Shown here piece after piece: positions 1 through 14,290 of a stretch of 64,000 bases of DNA. The first letter of the stretch is position 1, and the number at the start of each line of letters is the position of its first letter. Below the pieces are notes generated by a model. The model worked only from the letters and a program-made list of their open reading frames with translations. It was not told the origin of the DNA and did no database searches. Source of the DNA: Marsupella aquatica (Eukaryota; Plantae; Marchantiophyta); assembly GCA_973895155.1 (NCBI GenBank), contig OZ316897.1, positions 13,329,375-13,393,374 of the forward strand, written 5' to 3'. The translations under genes were made by a program, and so were the position numbers.

Positions 1-179
1 AGAAGAGCGAGGGAGGCACGGAGTCGTGGGTGCCGATGAGTACTCTCCGTCGTTCGCTCACTCGCTCGCTGCGTCGACCGACCACCTCGTGTACCACGGA
101 CTGTAGTCCATCCCACTTCTGCCCTCCTGTCCTCCCTTCCTTGCTTCCGACCTTGTCTCGTCGAACCCTCGTGTGATCG

Positions 180-1300
180 GTGACTTGCTTGCTTCCTTGC
201 TTGCTTCCTTGCTGGTCGGGTCTCGTCTCGTCTGGTCTGGTCTGGTCGATCGATCCCTCTCTCTCTCTCTTTCTCTCTCTCTCTCGGGCTCGGGCTCCGT
301 CTCCTCGCTTTCCAATCTGCTTTCTCAATCTGCTTTTTCAATCTGCTTTTGATTTACTCTGCCGGTGCTGCTGCGAGGAAGAAGCGCGGTCGGAAGCGAA
401 CTTACGGACGCGGTGCGGTGTGGTGCGGTGTGGTGCTTTTGTGGTGTGGTGTGGTGTGGCAGTGAGGACGAAGAAGAGCTGACGAGATACATACACCGGC
501 GTAGAGTGGAGGGTAGAAGCGAGGAAAAGACAGAGGAGAGGAGAGGAGAGGAGAGGAGAGGAGAGGAGAGGAGAGGAGAAGTGAAGAGAAGAGAAGGGAA
601 GGGAAGGGAAGGGAAGAGAAGAGAGTAGAGTTTCGAGGAAAGGATTGAGAAGGGAAGAGGTTGTGTAGGGCACTAAAAAGTAGGCAGGGCTTGGTCGTCT
701 GGTGGATCTGTCGATCGATCGAACGAACGGACGAACAAACGATCGAACGTTAATAGGCGGACGGGAGGGAGGGAGGGAGGAAGGACAGGCGGATGTTATT
801 GTTGTTCTCGCGACGATTGTGTTTTGTGTTGGCAGGTTGATTGATTCGTCGTTCGACGGACTTACTGCCGAGCGGGAGGAATCAGACGATACGAGTGAGT
901 ACGGAGGGAGTAGTGTGAGTACTTAGTACCTCGGTGAGTGGCATCTGGCGATCAGGGCACTGGGTTTCTCGATTTGTTTGGAGTACATTGTTGGGAGACG
1001 AACGAAAGGACGGACGGACGGACGGACGGACGGGCGGACATACAGGAGGATAGATAGAGAGAGAAAGAGAAAGACGGGTTAAGGGAGATATCGCGGCTGG
1101 CTTAGGGCTGGAGCACTGCAGCAGGGCATTTACGGATTTGGATAGGTTTTGCCGATTGCATTGGTGAGGAAGACAGGAGGATCACTTGTCTAAGCGCAGC
1201 GCGGCACGGCAGGGTAGGGCACAGCGAAGGTGAGCAAGGAGTACGGCGTGTATTCTATAGCGTCGCATTGCGTTTGGTTTGGTTTGGTTTGGTTTGGTTT
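180..1300. repeat. Cluster of microsatellites in the RabE1 upstream/5' leader region
   Basis: (CT)n ~256-284, (GGTGT/GGTGC)n ~410-459, (GAGAG)n/(GGAAG)n ~533-620, (GGAC)n ~1008-1030 and (TTTGG)n ~1273-1300. Confidence 0.9.
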
Positions 1301-1523
1301 TGTTGTGTCCCCTTTTGATCTCTGCGGAATTTCAATGCTACGCGTGGGGATCGAAGTGTGCGATGAGTGAATTGATCCGAGCCTCTTGTGTCCTGTGTCC
1401 GGCTGCTTGCGTGAAGGTGTAGCAAAATTTGCGCTAGCAGCAGGAGACGTAGAAGACTGATACCAAAAGGAACAGAAACATTAGTTGTAGCCACTTGCAA
1501 GAAGAACAAACAGCGAAGACGGG

Positions 1524-3997
<2,474 letters not shown>

Positions 3998-5875
3998 AAT
4001 GGTGCAGATGGAGGATCAATTCTTGCGGATGGCTCGACAGTGCGCATGGACTTGATGCATTGAGAGGCTGGATGCACATGTACGCATCCAACCAATTGAG
4101 GATATGCAGGAAATCGGGTTGCTGTTCTCACACTCAAGGTTGCTTAAGTCGGCTGCTCACGGATGTAGAATAAGCTTTGTGGTGCTTCCAGAGGAGTGAA
4201 AGAGCCACCGTCATTCGTGACATCCAGACTTCTATCTTGTACTAGGATGAATAAGGAGAGCAGATTCTTGTTGATCGTTTATTCTTTTTCGTCCCTGATT
4301 TCTCAAAGCTTCTGCAGAGAACTAAGGTACAGTTGGCAGCAATCAATCCTTGTGCAGTGGTCAGATTGATTTTCTTGATAAGTAGGACGATCGTCCAATG
4401 AGGTCCCCTGAAGTAGATTTAAACCACCTGTAATTACTGTGATTGGATTTCTTGACGGGAATGGAAAAACATCACCCCCTTAGTGGCAAAACCCAGTTTT
4501 CAGCTTTTGTGACAGCTGTATCACTATGTCCAGTTGCCCGGGATGGGCAGGCAGGCAACCAGTATCTCTTTCCTTGGGAGTCACAAAAACAGATAATCTT
4601 ATTTGGTTAGCCAGATGCAATTTTGTATTATTGGATGATCCATTGAGATTTAGTGGTAGTTGAAATAACATTTGCAAAGATGTAGCCTTGGTGCCAATCG
4701 TTGTCCTTTATTTTGCCAGAGCTTGATTGGACCTTAAATTTGAGCTGTGCTTGTCGTGTCCTTTATTTGAACTCTCACTGTAAAGAGAGATGGTCAATAG
4801 CCATGACGGTCCGTTTCGGTAGAAACTACATTCCAGATAATCTTGCTCACAATTCAAAATATATCTTGGATGGCAGAGAACGCCCAGCTTGCACTCCAAG
4901 ATAAATTTACTTGCCTACAATGTCTTTCCATCTCTTTGTTCAGACAAGAAATGATTTCACATCTTGTATATCTGAAAGTAATATAGCTGTTGCTGATAAT
5001 TCTTTGTGGACAATAGCTGACAATGTGTTTTCTGTGCTCTGTTATTGCCTGGCTTGAAATCTGAGTGCATATGTGATATTGTTTTCACACTCGACAGAAA
5101 CAACACAGGTGCCTTCCGATGTATCAGACATTAGTTTAAGCCGAGGTCAATAATCTAAGGATAAGAAAACTTATTTTGGATGAAGCAGGTAGGGAATACT
5201 AGGAATTGTGAGAAACCGTATAACTAATATAATCTTGACAGAAATGGCCGTCAGAAAGCTGATCTTCACCGATCTGGGCGAAGTCCGGTGATTCACTCAA
5301 AAGCTATCACACCAAATGCTGTCCGAGTGGTTATGGTCCAGTATGGAAACCTGGGAGCTATGGTTTAAAATAACGTGACTGGTCGGGCTCTCTTCTTGTG
5401 TCACATCCATTCGACTGACTGTTATTTTCGCGTCATGTGGGTTGGTTTCATCGTGAATTATAGATACACAACTTGGGGTTGGTTTCTCATGAGTTACTTT
5501 GATTTGTGGGGATGTCCCACAAGAACTATTGGCTGTTGTACAAGTCTCACCATCAGATATACTGTCAAGTCGTAGCATTCCCATGGGAACTGGTGGGATA
5601 GGAGCTTCGCTGTTGGAAACTTGTTTGATGGTACTGGCTTTCACATCGCCAACAAGTTTGTTTTCCACTCGCATGAATCAGAAGACAAGTTACGGCATTG
5701 ATGCGGGATCACTAAAATTCTAATGAAATATGTTGAATATAGCTATTCCTCGTAATTTTCTGTGGCTGATGTACTCTTCGAAGGTGTGAACTCGGAAGAG
5801 TGGTAAAGAGGGAAAATGGGAATGTCGCGTACTAAATCTCTGTGAAACCAAGAAGCACAATCTATCTTCAATGAT

Positions 5876-6206
5876 GCATTATCTAAACGAGCACTTACAG
5901 AGCTGAGTCTATCTTAGAACTTCAAGAACTTCATGAATATCCTTTATACAACCACTGCTAAAGAACAAAACTCTCCAAACCAAGGGACAAGGATCCCAAA
6001 GGCCGGAGACCTAGTAAGGGGACAACACAAGGGACCAATCCGCATTATCTAAAAGAGCACTTACAGCTGAGTCTACCATAGACCTTCCAGAACTTCATGA
6101 ATATCCTTTATACAGCCCACTGCTAATGAACAAAACTCTCCAAACCAAGGGACAAGGATCCCAAAGGCGGGAGACCTAATAAGGGGACAACACAAGGGAC
6201 CAATCC
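5876..6206. repeat. Tandem duplication of a ~166-bp unit, with a related dispersed copy at ~61655-61750
   Basis: 5876-6041 and 6042-6206 both read gcattatctaaa.gagcacttacag...caagggacaaggatcccaaagg..ggagaccta.taaggggacaacacaagggaccaatcc. The sequence tttatacaacactgcgaaagagcaaa...caggatcccagagg at ~61660 is a diverged homologue. Confidence 0.85.
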
Positions 6207-8269
6207 TAGAAGGGCAAAAGGGCCAAAATTCATGAAACAGACTTCATAGACTTTATTTGCGGCCGGTTGACGAGATGAAAACGCACTTTAGTACACGCCA
6301 AACTATTGCAATCGATCTCTCTTTGCAAGGAGTACCAATGCATCTTTGCTGGAGATGTGAAATTAGGGCTATGCGCACTAATCGCACAGCCCTTATTTTT
6401 CAGTCTCACATGAACTAGTGTGAATCACATTAATTTTGGTGTCACTCTAATGCAGTTCACATTAAGTCACACCTTTCTTGGCACTAATCATAGTGTTCAC
6501 ATCACATTAGTTCAAGTGCTGAAAGACTAAGCTTTAGTGAGTTTAGTGACAACATTCTCTAACCCAGCAGCTTCATTAAGGCTTCAGGAGTGTATATGCG
6601 CAAGCAAACAATGACTTGAAGAATTGACTTCATTACTTAAGTTACAATTACTGCAAAGGCCGTTGAGTACAATTCAATATCAAGTGCGCTGGGTATCACA
6701 ACACACAAGAGATAGCAGAGGGTATAAAACTCATAATCAGAGGGCCAACAGTACAACCTTGGTTGAGTGTACAAGGATGGGAGAAGGCCAGCCAATTGCT
6801 GTCAATCCCAATTTTTGCAAATCTATGCCAATTTTAGGATAGGGCGCCCCAGTAGGAAAAGCATTGTAGGGAAGTATGCGAATAAACATGAGTCAGTGTC
6901 CAATTCTATAAATGAAGCCTACTTCATTCCAAAAATTGAAATGGCACCCCTCATTGGATACTGCAGTGCTCTTGTGGTCAACTGCTTGAATAGTATGACT
7001 CAACAAACACAATTAGCGTGATTCCCCATAAAAATTGTTTTGGGACACAAATTAGTGTGAAACACTCATTGTTTACTCAAACTAATTGAGGTGGATAGTG
7101 TACTTGTTGATTGACATGTGCAGACACTGAAGTTGTGTAGAGTAAGATAATGGTAAATTCCACTGTCAAGGAAACTAAGACCTTTGAAATCGTTAAGAAG
7201 TTTGGGATTTTGTACCCCATCTGAAGAAGCATGCACGTCCTTATTCCATGAATTGTTATACATTTTGTTCAGACACAAATGCTAGGCAAATATGTTTGTG
7301 CTGGCTGCTAACCTTTGAAAGAGCTTACTCTAAACCGACCGCCACAATCAATTTAAATATAACTCTAGCTCCCTGTATGGTGCTGATTCCTTGGCGAGGT
7401 TTTCCATTCACCTCCTTCCCCTACTCTTCAAAACCCCTCTCCCTTCCCCTTTCTTTAAATCCCCAGATTTTGAGACCTATCCCTTCCTCTTTTTGTAAAT
7501 CCCCAGATTTTGGGACCTATCTGGACTGGGAGAAAACGCAACAATTGCTGCTGCTTGTCTAGAGTGGGGTTTTCATAGAAAACAAAAGGGTGACAAACTC
7601 TTCTGTGTACAGCTCCAAGAGGGGGAGCTAAAGTAGGAAGAACTGTACTCTGCTTATGATACTACTGGCAAAACTAGCCGGTATATTCTCTTCTCTTATT
7701 TCACAGATTTTGGACTTGTTACCCCATTCTTTGAGCCCAAACTTATTTTGTGCCTGCTACCAATAATTTCTGAGTGAGGCGGACAGTTGGATGGACCAAA
7801 AAATTGACCTCAGAATTCTAGACCCCAGAATTGTGGATACTAAAATGGTGAGCATTTATACAAATTAAATGTGCAGCTTTAGCCAACGTAACATTTCATA
7901 ATGCTCCAACTGCATCAACTTGGGCCTTTGGCAATTAGTAGTGCATTTTTCCTCTCCAGTTCAAACACCCCAACCCAAACCCAGTCCCCAGCCATCCACA
8001 AGTGCGCTCTACCTCACTGCCTCCCCCCCCCCAAATCCACACACATACACACACAAACCTCCTCATCCCCACCAGTATGTCCAGGAGTTTAACTTGAATT
8101 GAATCTAGAATCTAATTTGAGAACCACTCACTGGTTTTCAACATATGAACCCCCTCTCTATCAGGACTTCGTCTAAATAGCCCCTTATTGCAGTTCTTGC
8201 CATTGGGATCCTGTTCTTTGGCAGCGTTATGTCTAACTAGCCTGATGCCTAAGCGTTACACAAAAGATG

Positions 8270-8705
8270 TTGGCATGAGGAAAATATGTCGATGAGAGAA
8301 AAACAGTTTGAGGTGAGAAAAAGATGTAGGGGAGAGAAAATACGACGAGGTGAGAACAGGGGTGAGAAAAAGATATAAAGATGAGGAAAAGTTGTCAAGG
8401 AGCAAAAAGATGTCATGGGAAGATAAAGATGACAAAATGTGAAAAAGATTAGATATATGTCGAGGTGAGAAAAGATCTCGAGGTGAGGAAAATGTGTAAG
8501 ATGAGAAAAGATCTTGAGGTGAGAAAAGATGTCAAGATGAGAAAAATATCTTGAGGTGAGACAAAAATGTCATGGTGAAGTAAAGATGTCAACGTGGGAA
8601 AAAGATGGCTAAATGAGGAAAAAGTCAAGGCAAGGAAAAAAATGTTGAAAGAGACATGTATATGTAAAGGTTAGAAAAATATGTGAAGATGAGAAAATAT
8701 TTCAC
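8270..8705. repeat. Degenerate ~20-bp purine-rich minisatellite
   Basis: About 20 imperfect copies of GAGGTGAGAAAAAGATGTC. Confidence 0.8.
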
Positions 8706-9286
8706 GGCAAGGCAAAAATAATGTGCTTGGACTCTATGATCACAAGAAAACATGTGCTTTTTTCATTTTAGTTTTCAGAGAAAGAAATATTCTCTATATT
8801 TTATTTATATTCAAAATTATTTCAAAATTTCCAATTTTTAGAATTATTTATGTATGAATAAATTTAATTAGTTTTGAATGAAATTTTTCATTGTGGCAGG
8901 CAAAGGGCACTTTGGGCAAGAACCTATTTCTGAACGGGTGTATGGATAGATCTGACGGCATGGACAAACTAATGTTTTGATGAACGGTCAAGATTGATTC
9001 TTACTTTGTAAAGGAACAGGATCCAGGTTATTGTAAAGGGAGGTCTCCTTGATCCCCGCTCATTGCTAAAGGCCCTCCCCATTTCCTTTGTCCTATTAGA
9101 TCCCTTTTTGCTTGGGAACAGTGCACTCCATCTTCATTCAACACTATTAATTTTTCTTTTTGTTTTATTCTTTTTCTCTAGTCAGACTCTTTCATATTTC
9201 TCAGTTTTGGGCGCTGTACTCCAAATTTGAATGACAACTACAGTAGGCTATAAAAAGGCGCAACCTTCTATTATAGCTTTTGATAA

Positions 9287-9377
9287 CAGCCCTTGGGTTA
9301 AAGCCTTCTTGGCAGTTAGGTAGGAAGAGGTCAGCCCTTGGGTTAAAGCCTTTTAGGCAGTTAGGTGGGAAGAGGTC
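9287..9377. repeat. 45-bp tandem duplication
   Basis: cagcccttgggttaaagcctt.t.ggcagttaggt.ggaagaggt occurs twice in tandem. Confidence 0.85.
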
Positions 9378-11340
9378 TTGTCCTCCCCAGTTGACCCTGC
9401 ATTTCACCTCTTCTAGATTGTATGCATTCACATTTATCTTTCGAAGAGGGACTTAACCGGGCCCCTCCTTCATCTTGAGGACTTGAAGGACCCCAAACAT
9501 CAATTTAGGGACTTGACCAGGCCCTTCTGGCAGTGGACCGTTTGAAATTCATAAGTATAGTAACACCGGCAGCAGTCAATGTTGGGTCCGCCTCGGCTAT
9601 ACAGGGCCCCACAAGACATGCAGAATGCTAATGCAGAGGCACATACATGGTGTCCTAAAATGTACGCTAAGTTAGTCCCCTAGAATATACGCAGATGAAT
9701 GATACATCATTCTTACATGGAAAGTTGGATGCCCTACCCCAGTTAAGTAGTACTTCTCAAAATAAGAAGTAAAAGATAAAGGAGGTTTGATTCAGATTTT
9801 TTCATAATGTAAGGGATATTTAACATGCTCCAAGGCATGCCCTCAACAGGGGATATGTGTTTTGTTTTTTTGTTTTTGTTGGGGAGGGGGTGAAGCTATG
9901 TAGGAAGAAATGGAAAGCCCCACCCTTAGACAAGCAGATGTCTTTGGCCAAGCAGATCTGGATATCAGGCCTATTGTAAGCTGGGATGAGATTGTATTAT
10001 ATTATTTTCCATAAAATTTGTCATTGAAACTTGGTTTGAGAATAGTAGTAAGTCCTATTGCAACTTGTGCAATTTACTCCAAGTTGGGCAATTTACTCCA
10101 AGTTTGTCATTATTTTGTGTATTAAAGCTGGAAGTGGGAAATTGCTGATGAGCAAAGCAACTATTTGGTTGAAGAAACATTGATTAAATTCCTTGACCAC
10201 ATTGGAAGTAGTTGTTTACGCAAGTTTCATGTTGGAACTAGTGGCTATGGTGGCCTACATAATTTTGACAAGTGTCAAATTAAACCATTATATTATTTGG
10301 GAGGCAATCTGTTTGCCCATCCCTTAACATATTTTAATTTAGAGATACCATGGTTGTTATCTGTCAGATTCACTCCAAACCTATGCTAGTGAATACCAGA
10401 ATTATTATTGACTGAACAAAGTCTCGTTTTAGTAGTGGTGGTGGGGCCCTCATCCCTCCCAGCACATCAGGGGGAGGGGTCACTAGGGGATGGCTCTCTT
10501 TGGCAAAACTATGGCTCTAAAATGGGTAAACAATGATTGAGCACTATATGGACAAAATATGGGGAGGTCGCGCTTCGTTAGTCTTGGTGTGACCAAAGAG
10601 TTGTTTGACGTTGGACCTGACTTTTCTGGAATTATAAACCTTCCACCTGCGTGGTGCTGAGCTCCTTTATGCAACTCATAAAAGTAAGTATAGTTCCATC
10701 ACGCAGGCCCTCCACAAAACATTAACTATTCTCATTTTAGGATGTAATGCAAGGCTACAATATTATGCTCCTGTTTTCATTCTTAATTTAAGACATATAG
10801 ATGGGAGAGTCATTATTACAAGAAACATATAAGTGACAAAATTCTTTCCAATTCACAAGGACCCCACATGTTTTTCTTAGTGGGCCTGAAATGTTAATGA
10901 ATATTTACTCCTTGGCACACAAATATCAATCATCTAACCCTCTTCTCTTTGGGCTCTTTGCATTGGTCTTCCTAGATTTTCCTTTTTATTTCCTTCCCTT
11001 TACTGGATCAGATGATCAGACCCTTCTTTTCCAACATACATCTGTTGCTCGTTCAGCTAGATAGATAGTGACTTGAAACAAACCAACACACTCAACATCT
11101 AGCCAGGTTTCACTATCAGATGATCAGACATGTCCTCTACCCCCTAAGTGCAACCTTTGGGGTCTGACTTCCATGAAAAGGCATATTTCCCGTGCTATGA
11201 AGCATAAGGTCATTTGGTTGATTCCAAAAGGAAGACTTAATTAATTTGTTTGTAAAGACTTTAAATCCAATTTTAAGACTGATAAGATAAGGTAAGAGCT
11301 TTTGTTCCAAAATTTTGAATATTCCAAAACAATACAGGTG

Positions 11341-11380
<40 letters not shown>

Positions 11381-11704
11381 TTTCCTTTAGGTTTTAGGGT
11401 GTTCCAGCCTTGAGTCCAAACTTTGCACTTGATGGGGGGTGGCTCCACATAGTCAGACCCCAAAAATGCAACACCCTTTCCAACCCTTAACATTGGATTG
11501 GGTCTCTTACTTTGCTCCCACCCGGAAAGATTGTACGCCCGGATCTACATTGAGGTTAAGTTGAGGAGCCCTACATAGATCGTCTGACTGGAGTCAGAGG
11601 ATCTCCTTTCGCATTAACAGTCCGATGCAGCAGGTTTGATCAAGTTCCAAAAAAAAATGGTTTCCTGGGTAGAGGTTTTGGGCATGCGATCAAGACGTGT
11701 CTTG

Positions 11705-13958
11705 TATGGCATCCAATATGTTGTCGTGAGTTTTTGGTCACAAATACGGTGTCGTACAACACATTTGTTATGTCGTACAATTGAGCGCAAAACACTATTT
11801 TACGCGCCAATATTTAGGGTTTAGATTTTTTTTTTGCATCCCTCTATTTTGGAGGGTACCTATTTACTCTCCTGTTTTCGGTGAACATAACAATAAGATC
11901 TGTCATTCATTGGAATGGGAACGCATTTACCATCACATATTTTCTCGCACCTGAGATATCATATTTTCACCACTGTGTACTCTCTAGACTAAAAAAACTT
12001 TCTTCGCCTTTCCTATGCCCAACAAAATGCACATCCAACACAAGAGATAGAATTTCGGATGAAATCAATGGTATTTGTTTTTGTAATCTTTACTTGTATG
12101 GTAGGGCACAAAAAAAACTTGAGTAATATCTGGTGCAAAAAATTTGATATGACAGCAGGTACGCACATGCATGTCCCCTGTGCAATAATTTTGGTATGAC
12201 AAAACCTGTGCGACAAATTTCCTATCGTATCTCGCGATACCTATGTTGCAAACATTTTTGACTGGGTACTACAAGACAAGAAACATCTGGTCTGGTGCAA
12301 AATATTTTCTAAAGCACACCTCTGGACTGGAGTTATCACATCACACGAAACAGTGCACAAAATTCTGTCTCGCGGGTTGGTGTGAAAAATTTGGCACCGC
12401 AGGAAATCATGTGCACAACTGAAACTTTGAGTGTGCGGAAAAAAATCATTCTTTATTGAGTTGGAAAAAAAAACTACAAAGTTAGTTGAGGGAGCCAATG
12501 GAGAGGCCGGCCAGAAATAATCCACCTGTTCCATCATTATTAGTAGGACTCCCTGAAATTTGACTTTCTGCCACCGGATACTTTCTGGCCGGCAAGCCCC
12601 ATCTGTTGCCAAGAGTTCTGGCAGGCCTTGCATTAGCATGAAGGTACCCTTATCAGTGAAGGTACTTTTATCAATAGGTACGTTTTTCAACGATGGTACT
12701 TTGATCAATGAGGGTACCCTTATCAATGAGGGTACTCTTATCAATGAGGGTACCCTTAGCAATGAGGGTACTTTTATTAGTGAGGGTACTCTTATCAATG
12801 GGTACATTTATCAACGATAGTATTTTGATCAATGAGGGTACTCTTATCTCCTAAGGGTACCCTTGTGCATGAGGGTAGTACTCTTATCAATGAGGGTACT
12901 CTTATGAGTACTCTTATCAAAGGGAACGCTTATCAACGATGGTACTTTGATCACTGAGGGTACCCCATGAAGGTGGTCTGTGCCGGCAGAAGGACTCTGA
13001 ACGTATTGAAAAGAGCCTAAACCTCACCGGACCGGCATTTTGGGTATTGCAAGGACAAATACCGGCCAAAGTACATGCCTGAATTTACCTGCTCTCTGTT
13101 GGTTCCCTAAACCAGGGGTGATTTTTTTCATCGAATCTGTACGTTGTATCTTAGTTTTTTTCACACATGATGTAAACCGTACATAATGTGAAAGTGGGGG
13201 AGAAGAAAAAAAGCAAAAACCAAGCAAACCAAAAAAAATTCAGCTTTTTCGGGGAAGAAAAAAAAACTCCAGCTTCAGACGCGGGGGGGGGGGGGGGGAA
13301 CTTGAGGGAGGGCGGGGAAGGAAAAACAATATGAGCTTCAGGGAAGGGAAATTTTAAGATTTTAGATGATGGGAAAACTTCAGGTAAAAGTCGAATGTTT
13401 TTGTAGTAGTTGAAAATTAGAGCCGGGAGTTTTGAACGTATCTATTCTCTTCGACGGGTGAATTCGTTTCATCTACCTTGTTCCCCAGAAAGGCAAGCAT
13501 TGTGCGTCGATTGAAGTGCAAAGAAGATAGGACGGTATTTTCTTTCCTGGGTATCGATCAAGAGGCACGTTATTTAAATATGGGGTACCATTTATACTAG
13601 TAAACAATTCTCTCTTTACATTCAATATAAATGGACCCCAAACTCCCCTACCCCATTTTGGTCTGGTCTAGTTTTACTTCTCTATACCTCCCTATAAATT
13701 TCATACTCACATTATATATTTTTATTTTTACAGTCAACCCTAGATTTTCAGAACCTAGAAACGACGTGTGCGGTGCGCTTTACACAAATCAAAATTTGTT
13801 TTTCGCTGGTCTCACATGACCTGCCAATTTTTCCTCGCACTGGACACTGGCATCTAGATAAAAACACTACTCAAATGGATGGTTGTAGGACATAACAAAT
13901 GTGTTGTACGACACTGCATTTATGGCCGAAAACTCAGGACAACACATTGGATGCCATA
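11705..13958. mobile_element. Non-autonomous TIR DNA transposon (~2.25 kb, ~77-bp inverted termini)
   Basis: Left tatggcatccaatatgttgtcgtgagtttttggtcacaaatacggtgtcgtacaacacatttgttatgtcgtacaa (11705-11780) is the near reverse complement of right ttgtaggacataacaaatgtgttgtacgacactgcatttatggccgaaaactcaggacaacacattggatgccata (13883-13958). Both ends carry TA, a possible Tc1/mariner-type TSD. No transposase ORF is present. Weak similarity (atcaagttcc/ggaacttgat) may extend the ends outward. Confidence 0.8.
12638..12965. repeat. 18-bp minisatellite (TATCAATGAGGGTACTCT)n inside the TIR element
   Basis: About 17 imperfect copies. They generate the spurious NEGTLI/VPSLIR peptide repeats in the ORF track. 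Confidence 0.9.
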
Positions 13959-14214
13959 GTCTTGAGGGAACTTGATAAATTCCGCAGGCAGCCTATCGTT
14001 TGAAACACCCTAATAAAATAACCCTAATGAACTAAATTTCAGCAAAAATACTCTATCATCGATCTTATCCTTGCCCAAAAATATTGAGAAAAAAATCTCC
14101 ATATGGCCGCGAATACTGTAGTGTACATAATCGGCGGGCCAGAGTTTGTTTGAGCTCACGACGTGCTCACATGACCAACCCAACCACTCCAATTACAGTA
14201 CTCTCCGCTCGTGT

Positions 14215-14290
14215 GGAGCAACCAGGTTTGAACCCGGCACCTATCGCGTTCCCACACACATACGACCCTAATATCTGATCCTATTATCCT
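14215..14290 (-). pseudogene. Degenerate tRNA-derived fragment (SINE head or tRNA pseudogene)
   Basis: The minus strand reads ...tgggaacgcgataggtgCCGGGTTCAAACCTGGttgctcc. This is an intact T-arm/B-box with a tRNA-Pro-like variable region, but the D-arm and acceptor stem are decayed. Confidence 0.35.

Noticed and set aside
58-926. Several 75-110-aa ORFs at the window start
   Set aside because: They are translations of microsatellites, mostly with non-ATG starts.
6358-6419. Hairpin followed by CTAG|T resembling a Helitron 3' end
   Set aside because: The spacing is atypical, and no 5' TC terminus or second copy is identifiable.
12241-12820. ORFs with NEGTLI/VPSLIR repeats resembling adhesin or beta-helix proteins
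   Set aside because: They are by-products of an 18-bp minisatellite inside a TIR element, and the array continues out of frame.
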